A stretch of 64,000 nucleotides of DNA from a virus. This document shows, one piece after another, positions 10,275 through 19,332 of the stretch (position 1 is its first letter; each line of letters starts with the position of its first letter). The notes beneath the pieces are model-generated. The model saw only the letters and a list, made by a program, of their open reading frames with translations. It was not told the DNA's origin and ran no database searches. The position numbers were made by a program, and so were the translations under genes. The stretch lies in IMG/VR virus record IMGVR_UViG_3300044846_005371, positions 56,169-120,168 of that record, one strand, 5' to 3'.

Positions 10275-10961
10275 ATGAGCATTTTAAAATTCAATCAGTA
10301 TTTGATACTTGAGAAAGGAACAGACTCCTGTCCAATTGCAACTCAAAATTTGGAAGTAAATACCAAAAATAGAGATGCTTCAATCAAAGCCGACTATATT
10401 CAGTATGGTCCTTTGAATCTTTCTGATGAAAAGTATTGGGAAGATTTAGCAGAACATTGGAAGACTACTCCAGACGTTGCTAAAAATTCTAATTGCGGAA
10501 ACTGCGTAGCTTTTGATATTTCTCCAAGGATGGAAGAATGTATGCCTGGCGAAGTTTCAGATCCTCAAGGAAGACTCGGTTACTGTTGGATGCATCACTT
10601 TAAATGTCATTCCGCTCGTACTTGTAGAACATGGGCAGCTGGCGGACCTATTGTAAAAGATTCAGTTTCCGCAGATTGGCAATCAAAGAGTGGAGAAAAG
10701 ATAGAAGAAAAGCGTAAAACTAAAAACTCTCCTGACTGGCATGATTCAGATGCTCCTGATGCAAATGGCAAGTTTAAAACGCTAGGCGTTAAAGCTCTTG
10801 CAAAGTGGTTAATTCGTACTAGAAATGGAGACATGCGAAAGATCACAGGAAGCTTGAACCAGCAAATAGTTTTTAATAGAAATGACAACCCAACATATGC
10901 TAAAAAAATGGAAAGCGTTAGAGAAGAAGTGAAGAGGCTATTGAAAAAAAATAAAAAGTAA
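10275..10961 (+). CDS. Putative head protein with Cys-rich (HiPIP-like pattern) domain
   Basis: Leader KFNQYLILE; CGNCVAF...GYCWMHHFKCHSARTCRTW. Confidence 0.6.
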   Translation: MSILKFNQYLILEKGTDSCPIATQNLEVNTKNRDASIKADYIQYGPLNLSDEKYWEDLAEHWKTTPDVAKNSNCGNCVAFDISPRMEECMPGEVSDPQGRLGYCWMHHFKCHSARTCRTWAAGGPIVKDSVSADWQSKSGEKIEEKRKTKNSPDWHDSDAPDANGKFKTLGVKALAKWLIRTRNGDMRKITGSLNQQIVFNRNDNPTYAKKMESVREEVKRLLKKNKK

Positions 10962-11434
10962 TGATACTAAATTTTAAAGAGTTTTGTCTGCTTGAAGCTA
11001 AGTCTAAATCAAATAACCCAGCTCAATATAAAGCTCCGGAAGGAAGTGCTCGTGACAAGAAATTAGATAAAGCTAAGGAGCTTCTCAAGAGAGGAAATAA
11101 GGAAGAAGCTTACGCCCTTAGAGATGAAATGGAAGCAAGAGTTAGAAAGAATCCTAATTGGAAAAACACTCCTAGAAAAGATTCAAAGGTGAACGAGGCT
11201 TCTAAAAAAAGTGGCAGAAACTTAAGTAAGGAAACGTTAGCTAAGATCCGAGCAGTTGCTAAGAAGAAAGGATACTCCTTTGCTGATCTTAAACGTGAAT
11301 ATGTTAAAGGATTGGGAGCATACTACTCATCTGGTTCCAGACCAGGCATGACTGCACATCAGTGGGCAATGGCTAGAGTAAATGCAGCAAGTCCAAGTAA
11401 ATCATGGGCAAACGTAAAAAAAGTAGGTAAATGA
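10961..11434 (+). CDS. Basic putative head-internal protein
   Basis: Leader NFKEFCLLEA; very Lys/Arg-rich; C-terminal GAYYSSGSRPGMTAHQWAMARVN motif. Confidence 0.6.
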   Translation: MILNFKEFCLLEAKSKSNNPAQYKAPEGSARDKKLDKAKELLKRGNKEEAYALRDEMEARVRKNPNWKNTPRKDSKVNEASKKSGRNLSKETLAKIRAVAKKKGYSFADLKREYVKGLGAYYSSGSRPGMTAHQWAMARVNAASPSKSWANVKKVGK

Positions 11435-11796
11435 GCGAAATTTACGCGTATTCAAATGGAAAAATAGTGATCAAGAAAAGTTCTATTCATGGAATAGGAG
11501 TGTTTGCAAAAGAAGACATTTCAAATGGAGAATTAATAGAAGTATGCACTTCATTAGATTTAGATAGATGCAATAGAGCTACTCTAACTGAATATGCATT
11601 TGAAAGGCCATCAGATGGTCCAGTCAAAAGATTAGTCATATTATTAGGATATGGAAGTTTGTATAATCATTCAGAAGATAACAATGTAGATTTTACAATA
11701 AATTCAGATTCCAAACGATTCACATTCTTTGCAACTAAAGACATATCTGCTGGTTCTGAATTAACGATAAATTACCAAAAAAATAAAAATACATGA
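11431..11796 (+). CDS. SET-domain protein-lysine methyltransferase
   Basis: SSIHGIGVFAKEDI (motif I), GSLYNHSEDNN (NHS motif), AGSELTINY (EL..xY motif). Confidence 0.85.
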   Translation: MSEIYAYSNGKIVIKKSSIHGIGVFAKEDISNGELIEVCTSLDLDRCNRATLTEYAFERPSDGPVKRLVILLGYGSLYNHSEDNNVDFTINSDSKRFTFFATKDISAGSELTINYQKNKNT

Positions 11797-12344
11797 TATT
11801 AAACGCAAGGCAAAACGGTTTTGTATTTTTCTTTCCACCTGACTATTTTTCAGATGCAGTAAAGGAGAAATATAAAAAGTATTATCAAAGTTTAGTTCTT
11901 CCATATGACACAATAGAAGACTTTATGTCATCTACTATTCAGTCAATTGAATTTCCAGGCTGGGCAATTACACCAGTCGCTCAAACAAGAACTCTGGGAA
12001 AAAGACAAGAATATAAATCTTCAGTTCAAGTGGTAGATACTTTCACAAGAAAGTTTACTCTTACTTTTAAGATGACTGATTCATACTTGAATTACTTCAT
12101 ATTTTTAGATAATGCTTTAAATTTCTTAGACTTCTCAAATAAGAAACAAACGTTCTCACCAATGAGTCTTTCTATGTTGAATAATGAAGGATATTTGGTG
12201 TCGACTCTAGTATTTAAGGAGCCTTTGCTGATCTCTCAAGATAGCGTAAAATTAAGCTATAGTGCAGCTGCTCCAGATTTCAAAACATTCACAGCAACTT
12301 ATCAGTATTTCGATTTCAGCATCGATACTACCTTTAATGATTAA
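11793..12344 (+). CDS. Tail-tube-fold protein, gp3-like tail completion/terminator
   Basis: STIQSIEFPG...FTLTFKMTDSYLNY pattern; last gene of the neck operon. Confidence 0.5.
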   Translation: MILNARQNGFVFFFPPDYFSDAVKEKYKKYYQSLVLPYDTIEDFMSSTIQSIEFPGWAITPVAQTRTLGKRQEYKSSVQVVDTFTRKFTLTFKMTDSYLNYFIFLDNALNFLDFSNKKQTFSPMSLSMLNNEGYLVSTLVFKEPLLISQDSVKLSYSAAAPDFKTFTATYQYFDFSIDTTFND

Positions 12345-12363
12345 TACTAAACTTAATTCAATA

Positions 12364-12389
12364 AAAAAGGGACCAAATGGTCCCTTTTT
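12364..12389. terminator. Bidirectional rho-independent terminator
   Basis: AAAAAGGGACCA-AA-TGGTCCCTTTTT between convergent genes. Confidence 0.85.
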
Positions 12390-12407
12390 AGTTTTATTAG
12401 CTTCTTA

Positions 12408-15377
12408 TTAGAAGCTTGGAATAAATCCAGTAGAATCTGAACTTAATTGTCCACCTACTTTAGTAATAGTAATTCTATTAATAAACTTATGAATACCTCT
12501 TGGGAAATCTACTCGGATATCCATAATTGCAGTATTTGCTGAGATAACTTCATTAGTGTTGTTTGACTTGTCAAATATTACTTTATATGAAGTTAAACCT
12601 TCTGCTCTAACTACTGCATCTAAGTAGTTTTCAACAATTGTCTTAACTCTCAATCTTGTGATTTCATCGTTGAAATCGAACAAGAAGTTAAACATGATTC
12701 TCTCAATGTCTCTTTCGATAGTTGATAAGTTATCACGAACGTGAGCATTGTTCAACGCTGAATTGATTCTTTGATATGCAGTATTATTACTGAAGATCAA
12801 TGTTCCAAATCCTCTACGACGAACCAATAAGTTGTAACCAACTGGCTCCAAGTAAGCGCGATCCTCGTCAGTTAAGTTATATTCTAAACCTACAATCTCT
12901 GGATCAGTTACATTTCCTCGTTTTGCTCCAGCAGTAATCAAGAATGGAGTACCATTTTTGAATTTTCTAACATATGTATTAGAAACATATGCTGCTGGTG
13001 GAACTGAAATCGTCTTATTTCCCTCAGTGATCAATAGGTTTGGGAAGAAATAAGTTGAGTATGAGCTTAGTGGAACTCCATTAACGTCTTCTTCAGCAAA
13101 AGCAAATGTGAAGCTTGGATTAAGATCTAAATCTCCACCTTGTGCAATCAATCTAGTTGAAACCATCTTATTTGTTGAATCAATAAAGCTAGGATCAGTA
13201 GACTTCTCAAATTGCTCAATTGATGGAGCATTTAAGATTGCCATAGCTTGTCCATGAAGAGCAGCTATTTTTGCTAAGTAGTATTTAGAACTAGATGAAA
13301 CGTCACCAGCGTAAGAGTCAACTACATATCTAAAGTCAACTGCTTCGCCTGAAGCAAGTGCTTGTGGAATTGAAGTATCGTCCCATAAGAATTGTAAAAT
13401 AGTTTTTTGGCGTGAAGAACTTCCATTAGGCAAGTTAGCATCACGAATTACAAATCCTTTTAAGTATTGACCTTTGTATGTGTCTGCAAAGTTTTGGATT
13501 CCCTTTTGAACATATAATAAGTTCCCAGCAACATTCAATCCAACTACGTTCTCATTCATTGGAGTCATAGTAGTTATTACATACTTAACAAAACCAGTAG
13601 AAGGAGTTGAAGAAACAATTGAAATAATTTTTAAGAATCTAGTTCTTCCATCTAAAGTTTGAGCTTTAATGTAATGGTTTACTTTTATAAATTCATCAAT
13701 TATCTCTTTTTGTGCAGCATTTGCAGTATCAATAGTCAACTCTAATTTGTTTGGCTGAAGTACTACATATTCCTCAAAGAAATTAGTATCTGTCAAATCA
13801 AATTCATAAGCAAAAGTTTTACCAGATTGCATTGCAATTTCAATAAACTTACCTACATCTGTTGTAAATGTAGGATCTACTTGTGTAGTTAAACCAATAT
13901 TTGAGTATACTGTTATTTTAGCATAACTTAATCCAGTATCTGTCAGGAAACCTCCTTGTGTTTTAATGTAATTGTCATCACCGTCACCTGAAATAATATC
14001 TCCTGTTTTTACAAATCCCTTTGTATACATTTCATATAGCTTACTTCCTTCAATCGCTATAATGTAATTAGTATTAGCAGTAAGGTTGTTTGTTATAAAA
14101 GTTTCTCCGCTTGCTCCTGATGCAAGTATATTTGCCAAAGTTTCTTCCTCTACTTTGAATACTAAATTAGTATCAGCAGGCTTAGTATAACTGATAACAT
14201 CGATCAATGCAACAGGCGCTTTTTCAACAGGCGATCCGTCTGGTCCAGTAGATCCTCCGTCATCTGCAGAAAAAGTAGATGGAGAACCAGCAGTACCTAA
14301 TTCCATTTCAGATACTCCATATCCAGCTAAGTCTATTCTGTGTGTTAAGATGTTGTCATCTGCAAAAGTATCTTCAGTTAAATCAACTTTTTCTAGTTTA
14401 CTTGCGTCTAATGCACACATGATTCCAGTAGTTGGGAACAGTCTATTTACTACACGATCGATAGATACAGTGGAGCCACCCTGATCCTTAAATTCTGGGA
14501 TCAAACATCCAATTGCTCTGCTAATTACTTTAACTTCTCTTAATGAAAAGAAATCGTTCATCTTAGCTGCTTTTAAACCAGATGCATCAAAATAGTTAGC
14601 ATAAATAGGATCAGTTGCTAATCTTAGATTATTTGACCAATCTCCGCTTACTACTATAACTTCAACGAAATAATCAGAGATTAGATCATCTTCGTGAACA
14701 AAATTAGGAAAATCGATAGGATTTCCGCCGCCGATAGTATTATACCATTCTTTTGCAGTTACGTCATATCCTTTAATATCAGATCTCTTAACCCAAATAG
14801 TAACGTTATTCTTTCCAGTATTAACAAATGAAAGAATCTTATTAGATGGACCGTTAACCTCTCCTAACGATTCAGGAGCAGTTATAAAATCATCACCTAA
14901 TGCTAAGTTCTTACTTCTATTTAGCTGATCCGCACTTGCTGCCCAAAAAGTTCTCTTATTGAAGAATTCAACAATTGGGAAAGTTTCAGTTGTGTCAGGA
15001 TTGTTAGTAGCTGCTTCAGTATTAAATGTTGTGAAGTTCGCCTGATCTTCATTTGTAGTAGGATCAAGATAATCAACATCAGTGTCAAAAGGAAGCACAT
15101 TAAGAGCAAATACCGGTCCCTCTCTCAGGGCAACCTCGATTGTTCTATGGAAGTAACTTCCAGCTTTTTCTAATTTTGGATCATTATCTCCAAATACTGC
15201 TCTTAATGTTCTAACATCATTTATTAAAACAACAGTATTAAAAGGTCCAACTTTGCTGGACCCAACCACCAATCTACCAGTAGCAAGCGGCAATGCAACG
15301 TTCTCGCTAGCATCTACCTCAACAGTATACACGCCACTGGCCTTATAGTTGTTTAGATTAATGAGTCTATCGGCCAT
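12408..15377 (-). CDS. g18: Contractile tail sheath protein (gp18-like)
   Basis: N-terminal SGVYTVEVD...VVGSSKVGPFN. C-terminal PPAAYVS...AGAKRG...HVRDNLSTIERDI...FDFNDEITR...FDKSNNT sheath motifs. Confidence 0.92.
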   Translation of the reverse strand: MADRLINLNNYKASGVYTVEVDASENVALPLATGRLVVGSSKVGPFNTVVLINDVRTLRAVFGDNDPKLEKAGSYFHRTIEVALREGPVFALNVLPFDTDVDYLDPTTNEDQANFTTFNTEAATNNPDTTETFPIVEFFNKRTFWAASADQLNRSKNLALGDDFITAPESLGEVNGPSNKILSFVNTGKNNVTIWVKRSDIKGYDVTAKEWYNTIGGGNPIDFPNFVHEDDLISDYFVEVIVVSGDWSNNLRLATDPIYANYFDASGLKAAKMNDFFSLREVKVISRAIGCLIPEFKDQGGSTVSIDRVVNRLFPTTGIMCALDASKLEKVDLTEDTFADDNILTHRIDLAGYGVSEMELGTAGSPSTFSADDGGSTGPDGSPVEKAPVALIDVISYTKPADTNLVFKVEEETLANILASGASGETFITNNLTANTNYIIAIEGSKLYEMYTKGFVKTGDIISGDGDDNYIKTQGGFLTDTGLSYAKITVYSNIGLTTQVDPTFTTDVGKFIEIAMQSGKTFAYEFDLTDTNFFEEYVVLQPNKLELTIDTANAAQKEIIDEFIKVNHYIKAQTLDGRTRFLKIISIVSSTPSTGFVKYVITTMTPMNENVVGLNVAGNLLYVQKGIQNFADTYKGQYLKGFVIRDANLPNGSSSRQKTILQFLWDDTSIPQALASGEAVDFRYVVDSYAGDVSSSSKYYLAKIAALHGQAMAILNAPSIEQFEKSTDPSFIDSTNKMVSTRLIAQGGDLDLNPSFTFAFAEEDVNGVPLSSYSTYFFPNLLITEGNKTISVPPAAYVSNTYVRKFKNGTPFLITAGAKRGNVTDPEIVGLEYNLTDEDRAYLEPVGYNLLVRRRGFGTLIFSNNTAYQRINSALNNAHVRDNLSTIERDIERIMFNFLFDFNDEITRLRVKTIVENYLDAVVRAEGLTSYKVIFDKSNNTNEVISANTAIMDIRVDFPRGIHKFINRITITKVGGQLSSDSTGFIPSF

Positions 15378-15389
15378 ATTTGTTCAATT

Positions 15390-15405
15390 TTTTTATTATT
15401 TATTC
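15390..15405 (-). promoter_or_regulatory. Putative late promoter of the sheath gene
   Basis: GAATAAATAATAAAAA upstream of the ATG at 15377. Confidence 0.65.
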
Positions 15406-15487
15406 GAAATTACTAACAGGAAAGCTAAAAAATCTAAAAATAGAGATCCTTGAGTATTTATTCAGTATAAGACCTGAAACGATTATT

Positions 15488-15976
15488 GTGAAAATACTCA
15501 AGACTCGAAATGTTAGAACTCCTGAAAGAGGAACTAGCTATGCTGCAGGAATAGATTTCTTTGTTCCATATGAAGAAGATTTTTATATTGTTAATTCAAC
15601 TACTGGGGAAGTTAAAAAAGGCGGAAAAGAGCTTATTTTACTTCCTGGAGAATCTGCTCTCATTCCATCCGGTATAAAAGCATGCCTTCCTGAAGGATAC
15701 GCTCTAGTTGCTTTTAATAAATCAGGCGTTTGTACTAAAAGGTCAATAACTGTTGGTGCAGAAGTAGTTGATGAGGACTATATGGGTGAAATTCACTTGC
15801 ATGTTATAAATTCAGGCATGCATTCTACTCAAATTCATCCTGGAGATAAATTAATCCAGTTCATGTTAATCAAACAGAACTACTTAGATGTAGAAACTGT
15901 TGAAACTGAGTTTGAATTATGGAGAGATAAGAAATCTGATCGTGGCGAGGGAGGTTTCGGCTCAACTGGAAACTAA
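15488..15976 (+). CDS. dut: Trimeric dUTPase
   Basis: AAGIDF, SGIK, NKSG, GAEVVDEDYMGEI, QF and RGEGGFGSTG motifs. GTG at 15488 preferred over 15380. Confidence 0.92.
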   Translation: MKILKTRNVRTPERGTSYAAGIDFFVPYEEDFYIVNSTTGEVKKGGKELILLPGESALIPSGIKACLPEGYALVAFNKSGVCTKRSITVGAEVVDEDYMGEIHLHVINSGMHSTQIHPGDKLIQFMLIKQNYLDVETVETEFELWRDKKSDRGEGGFGSTGN

Positions 15977-15995
15977 TAAAAATAATCTTGTATAA
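15970..15995 (+). promoter_or_regulatory. Putative early/middle promoter AAACTA-N14-GTATAA
   Basis: Bipartite motif recurring before DNA-metabolism genes. Confidence 0.5.
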
Positions 15996-16001
15996 GATAA
16001 C

Positions 16002-16253
16002 ATGACAAAAATTATTGAAAACGATTTTACTGGAGGTCAAGGTGCAATGCCTCAGCAACCCCAGATCAATCCGGCAGATTTGCCATATATTGAATGCGAA
16101 TCATGTGGACACAAAGTCTTTGAAGAAAAGATGATGATAAAAAAAGTATCTAAGTTATTGACAGGCAATCCAACTGACTCAATTATGCCAGTTCCAGTTA
16201 TTGCTTGCTCAAAATGCGGACATGTTAACGAACTCTTTATGCCAAAAGTATGA
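16002..16253 (+). CDS. Small zinc-ribbon protein
   Basis: CESCG...CSKCG. Confidence 0.7.
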   Translation: MTKIIENDFTGGQGAMPQQPQINPADLPYIECESCGHKVFEEKMMIKKVSKLLTGNPTDSIMPVPVIACSKCGHVNELFMPKV

Positions 16254-17674
16254 TAGTTGGTTCAGAAGTATTAAATGATAGCAATGAGCTACTAATCTCA
16301 TATTATGGAAGTGATGGCAAGATATCGTACATCCGAAAGAGACTTCACGATCATGAAATGTTTAACTGGGTAGAATCGTCAGTTCCCTCAGCTATTAAAG
16401 CATGGAATGGTAAATCGTTAAAGAAGGCAAACTCTAATGGTCGATATATGTCTCAATTTAGAATTCAGGAATTGATCAAAGAGAAATTAACCCCTGAAGA
16501 AATTGAAGCTATCTACTCATTTGATAACTTGCCAAAGAAACACTACTTAGATATCGAGATCAAGCTACTTGATGAATCTTTTCCAGATCCTGAGAGAGCT
16601 AGAATGCCAGTAGGTTTAGTATCATTCTGTAATGAGGATGATGTCACATACGTACTTTCAATGATGAATAATGAAGAGCAACCGAATGGTTTATCTGAAG
16701 AGGACATCAAGCGAATGGAAAACGATGTGAAAGAATACTTTAAAGGAATTGTTCCATTAAAACCTGAGGATGCTAAGTTATTCAATAAGGATTTCAAGAT
16801 AAAGTATGTTTACTTTAACACTGAAGAAGAACTTTTAGAATTTTACTTTCATAAGATTCTTCCAAAGATGTCCTTCATTACTGGTTGGAACGTAACCGAA
16901 TTCGACTGGAAGTACTTAATGAATCGTTGCTCAAATATGAAAGTTGATTCCATGCAAAACATGGTGTCCAGAGCAACTTTCTCAAAAGTAAAGATTCCAA
17001 CTCACATGGGAATACTTGACTATATGCAAGTATTTGAGAAACTAAAGCCATATAAAGTTGTTGAAAACTACAAGCTTGATTACATCGCAAGTATAGTTTT
17101 AAATGCAACTAAATTGAAGCATGATTATGCAACCATGTTTGAGTTTCAAAAGGATCTTTATCTCTTTACAATGTATAACGTAATTGACGTTATCCTCGTT
17201 AAATTGATTGAAGAAAAGCTATCAATTCTTGATGTTGCATTCTCAATTGCAAATGTTGCGCAAGTTGAAGTAAACAAAGTATTTAGTCCAGTTTACATTG
17301 CTGAACTATTGATGTGTCGTGAATTCTTGAATAAGAATCTTAGGATGCCGAAACCTGAATGGGGACAATCTAATGATGTTGATGCAACATATGAAGGCGC
17401 ATACGTAAAGAAACCAAACCCAGGTCACTATAGTTACGTAGCATGTTATGACTTCTCATCAATGTATCCTAACATTCAAATACAATTCAATATTTCTCCA
17501 GATACCTATCTTGGGAAAGCAGATGAAGTTAAGAGAAAGGGTGGAGAGATAACTACTCGAAACAATACTTTATTTAGAAGTGATACTGACTCAGCAGCTC
17601 GAACCATCTTAACAAAACTATACAACGAACGTATATCAACTCAAGGAGAAATTAAAAAGTTAAAAAATAAGTAA
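16250..17674 (+). CDS. g43: Family-B DNA polymerase, N-terminal subunit (exonuclease + motif A; split enzyme)
   Basis: Exo I YLDIE, Exo II GWNVTEFD, Exo III YNVID and Pol motif A YDFSSMYP. Ends in the fingers helix with no KxxxNSxYG or YGDTDS. Confidence 0.88.
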   Translation: MIVGSEVLNDSNELLISYYGSDGKISYIRKRLHDHEMFNWVESSVPSAIKAWNGKSLKKANSNGRYMSQFRIQELIKEKLTPEEIEAIYSFDNLPKKHYLDIEIKLLDESFPDPERARMPVGLVSFCNEDDVTYVLSMMNNEEQPNGLSEEDIKRMENDVKEYFKGIVPLKPEDAKLFNKDFKIKYVYFNTEEELLEFYFHKILPKMSFITGWNVTEFDWKYLMNRCSNMKVDSMQNMVSRATFSKVKIPTHMGILDYMQVFEKLKPYKVVENYKLDYIASIVLNATKLKHDYATMFEFQKDLYLFTMYNVIDVILVKLIEEKLSILDVAFSIANVAQVEVNKVFSPVYIAELLMCREFLNKNLRMPKPEWGQSNDVDATYEGAYVKKPNPGHYSYVACYDFSSMYPNIQIQFNISPDTYLGKADEVKRKGGEITTRNNTLFRSDTDSAARTILTKLYNERISTQGEIKKLKNK

Positions 17675-17675
17675 T

Positions 17676-18008
17676 ATGAATTCAGAATCATTAATCAATT
17701 GGATCGAAGGTTATCTAGATGCTTGTAAAAACAAGCCAACTCATAATCAAATTAAGGAAATCAGAAAGAAGATCGAAGAGTACCGAAAACCTTCAACTAG
17801 TTTTTGGGGTCCTGGAACTACTACAGTACCTAGCCCAATCTATGGATCTGGAACCACTCTGCTAACCGATAGCCCAAGATTTAGCTATAATGAGATTCCT
17901 GTTACTAAAAGTAACGGTGAAGAAGTTCTTCAAAATAATAATTCTGAGATAGATGAGCTTATTGAAAAAGCTAAGCGAGCTACTACCATGGAAGATTTGG
18001 AGCAATAA
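17676..18008 (+). CDS. Hypothetical protein
   Basis: 110-aa ORF abutting the polymerase gene. Confidence 0.65.
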   Translation: MNSESLINWIEGYLDACKNKPTHNQIKEIRKKIEEYRKPSTSFWGPGTTTVPSPIYGSGTTLLTDSPRFSYNEIPVTKSNGEEVLQNNNSEIDELIEKAKRATTMEDLEQ

Positions 18009-18021
18009 AAAATCAAAGAAA

Positions 18022-18684
18022 ATGTACGACGAAAACAAACACATCTCCTTAATGGAGAATTTCAACAGACAGAAGTTTCAATGGATAAAAACCAAGGATC
18101 GTTCTAGACTAGCAAAGGTCGTAACATGCATTGATATTGTTCCAAGTGGTCGTTCCTTTGTTGCAAAATTTGACGACGGTTCAAGTACCGATGTTTCTAG
18201 GATAAGTTCTGATCTTATGATGATTACTGCTGACATGCCAGCTCTTTCTAAAGCTGAGGTAGAATCTATTAATGGTCCAGTCATAACTTCTACTCCTAAA
18301 ACTGGAGAAGGGCCAATCAAACTTCCGCCTGAGCTTCAAAAGGAAGCCGAAGCTATGCGAGCAGAAGCTGCTCTTGCAAATAAACAAGTAGTTTCTACTC
18401 AAATAGTGTCGGAAAATCCTACATTTGCTGGAACAACAGTTTCACATATTGCTAAAGTTACTCCTTCTACTATTTTCTCAGCCTTTAACTCAGAAGAAAC
18501 TCAAATTTCATTGGGAGTTAATATAAAGCTGCCAGAGAAGAAGCTTTTGAAGATGATGTACATGAATGCTGAAAGCAAAGATAAGTTCGTAGAAGATCTT
18601 TCTGAGTTTATTCTAAGTCAAATAAATAAACAAGTAGTATCATCTTCTGTACTTTCTATGCTTATGTCATCTAAGGGAAAATGA
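18022..18684 (+). CDS. Hypothetical protein
   Basis: ATG at 18022 preferred over the overlapping 17953 start. Confidence 0.7.
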   Translation: MYDENKHISLMENFNRQKFQWIKTKDRSRLAKVVTCIDIVPSGRSFVAKFDDGSSTDVSRISSDLMMITADMPALSKAEVESINGPVITSTPKTGEGPIKLPPELQKEAEAMRAEAALANKQVVSTQIVSENPTFAGTTVSHIAKVTPSTIFSAFNSEETQISLGVNIKLPEKKLLKMMYMNAESKDKFVEDLSEFILSQINKQVVSSSVLSMLMSSKGK

Positions 18685-18706
18685 TTTACTTAAAATTAAG
18701 TAGACA

Positions 18707-19282
18707 ATGGGACAAGATCTAAGTAACTTTGCATTTAATCCTCAGGAAAAGTATTCTGATGGAAAATATTCATTCTATGAAATTTCTGATGGAACAAATT
18801 CTCATCGACGTATAAATTGCGATGTTGATGGGATCTGCATAATGCCATTTGATTTAAACGATCATGGACAGATACATCATATTTACTTGCAAAAGTATCT
18901 AGATTATTTCAATGGAACTCAGGATTATTGTTGTGTGCATCATGATATGGATCCCGAGTATGACAACTCTCACTATGATGCTCTTGTAAGAATTTGTGAA
19001 AAGGAACTTGCGCTTGACGATATTGACGTAAATGATATTTTCTATCTAGGAAAAGTTGCTCATACTGTTCCATTTAGTAAAACATATCGTTGTTATGGCG
19101 TAAACGTTTCAAATTATTCAGCAGATTCAGTAGAGGGGTTTAAGCCAGCTATTCCAGTATCGGAAAGAGATTCTAAAAATCATTCATTGGAAAAAGTTAG
19201 ATTCACTCGACTTCTAAATGGAAGTATCGCCGATTCACTAGCTCTTTCTTGTGGCTGCTTGCTTCTTTCTTACATAAAGTAA
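18707..19282 (+). CDS. Nudix-fold protein with degenerate Nudix box
   Basis: ICIMPFD...IYLQKY, YDALVRICEKELAL (Nudix-box position), YLG and GSIADSL resemble the NudF-type layout. Confidence 0.45.
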   Translation: MGQDLSNFAFNPQEKYSDGKYSFYEISDGTNSHRRINCDVDGICIMPFDLNDHGQIHHIYLQKYLDYFNGTQDYCCVHHDMDPEYDNSHYDALVRICEKELALDDIDVNDIFYLGKVAHTVPFSKTYRCYGVNVSNYSADSVEGFKPAIPVSERDSKNHSLEKVRFTRLLNGSIADSLALSCGCLLLSYIK

Positions 19283-19283
19283 G

Positions 19284-19309
19284 AAACTTTTTCCTTCTTC
19301 CTAGTAAAA
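19284..19309 (+). promoter_or_regulatory. Possible early/middle promoter variant AAACTT-N14-GTAAAA
   Basis: Motif variant upstream of uvsX. Confidence 0.35.
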
Positions 19310-19332
19310 GATATAAAGAAAAAATAATTTTT

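Noticed and set aside
15380-15487. Longer annotated starts (15380, 9945, 17953, 19249, 43911, 61916)
   Set aside because: The extensions overlap promoters or neighbouring genes and add non-homologous sequence, so downstream starts were preferred.
17440-18684. Intron, intein or programmed frameshift completing the DNA polymerase
   Set aside because: The downstream ORFs lack polymerase motifs B/C, homing-endonuclease or intein signatures, and the intergenic gap is only 1 nt.
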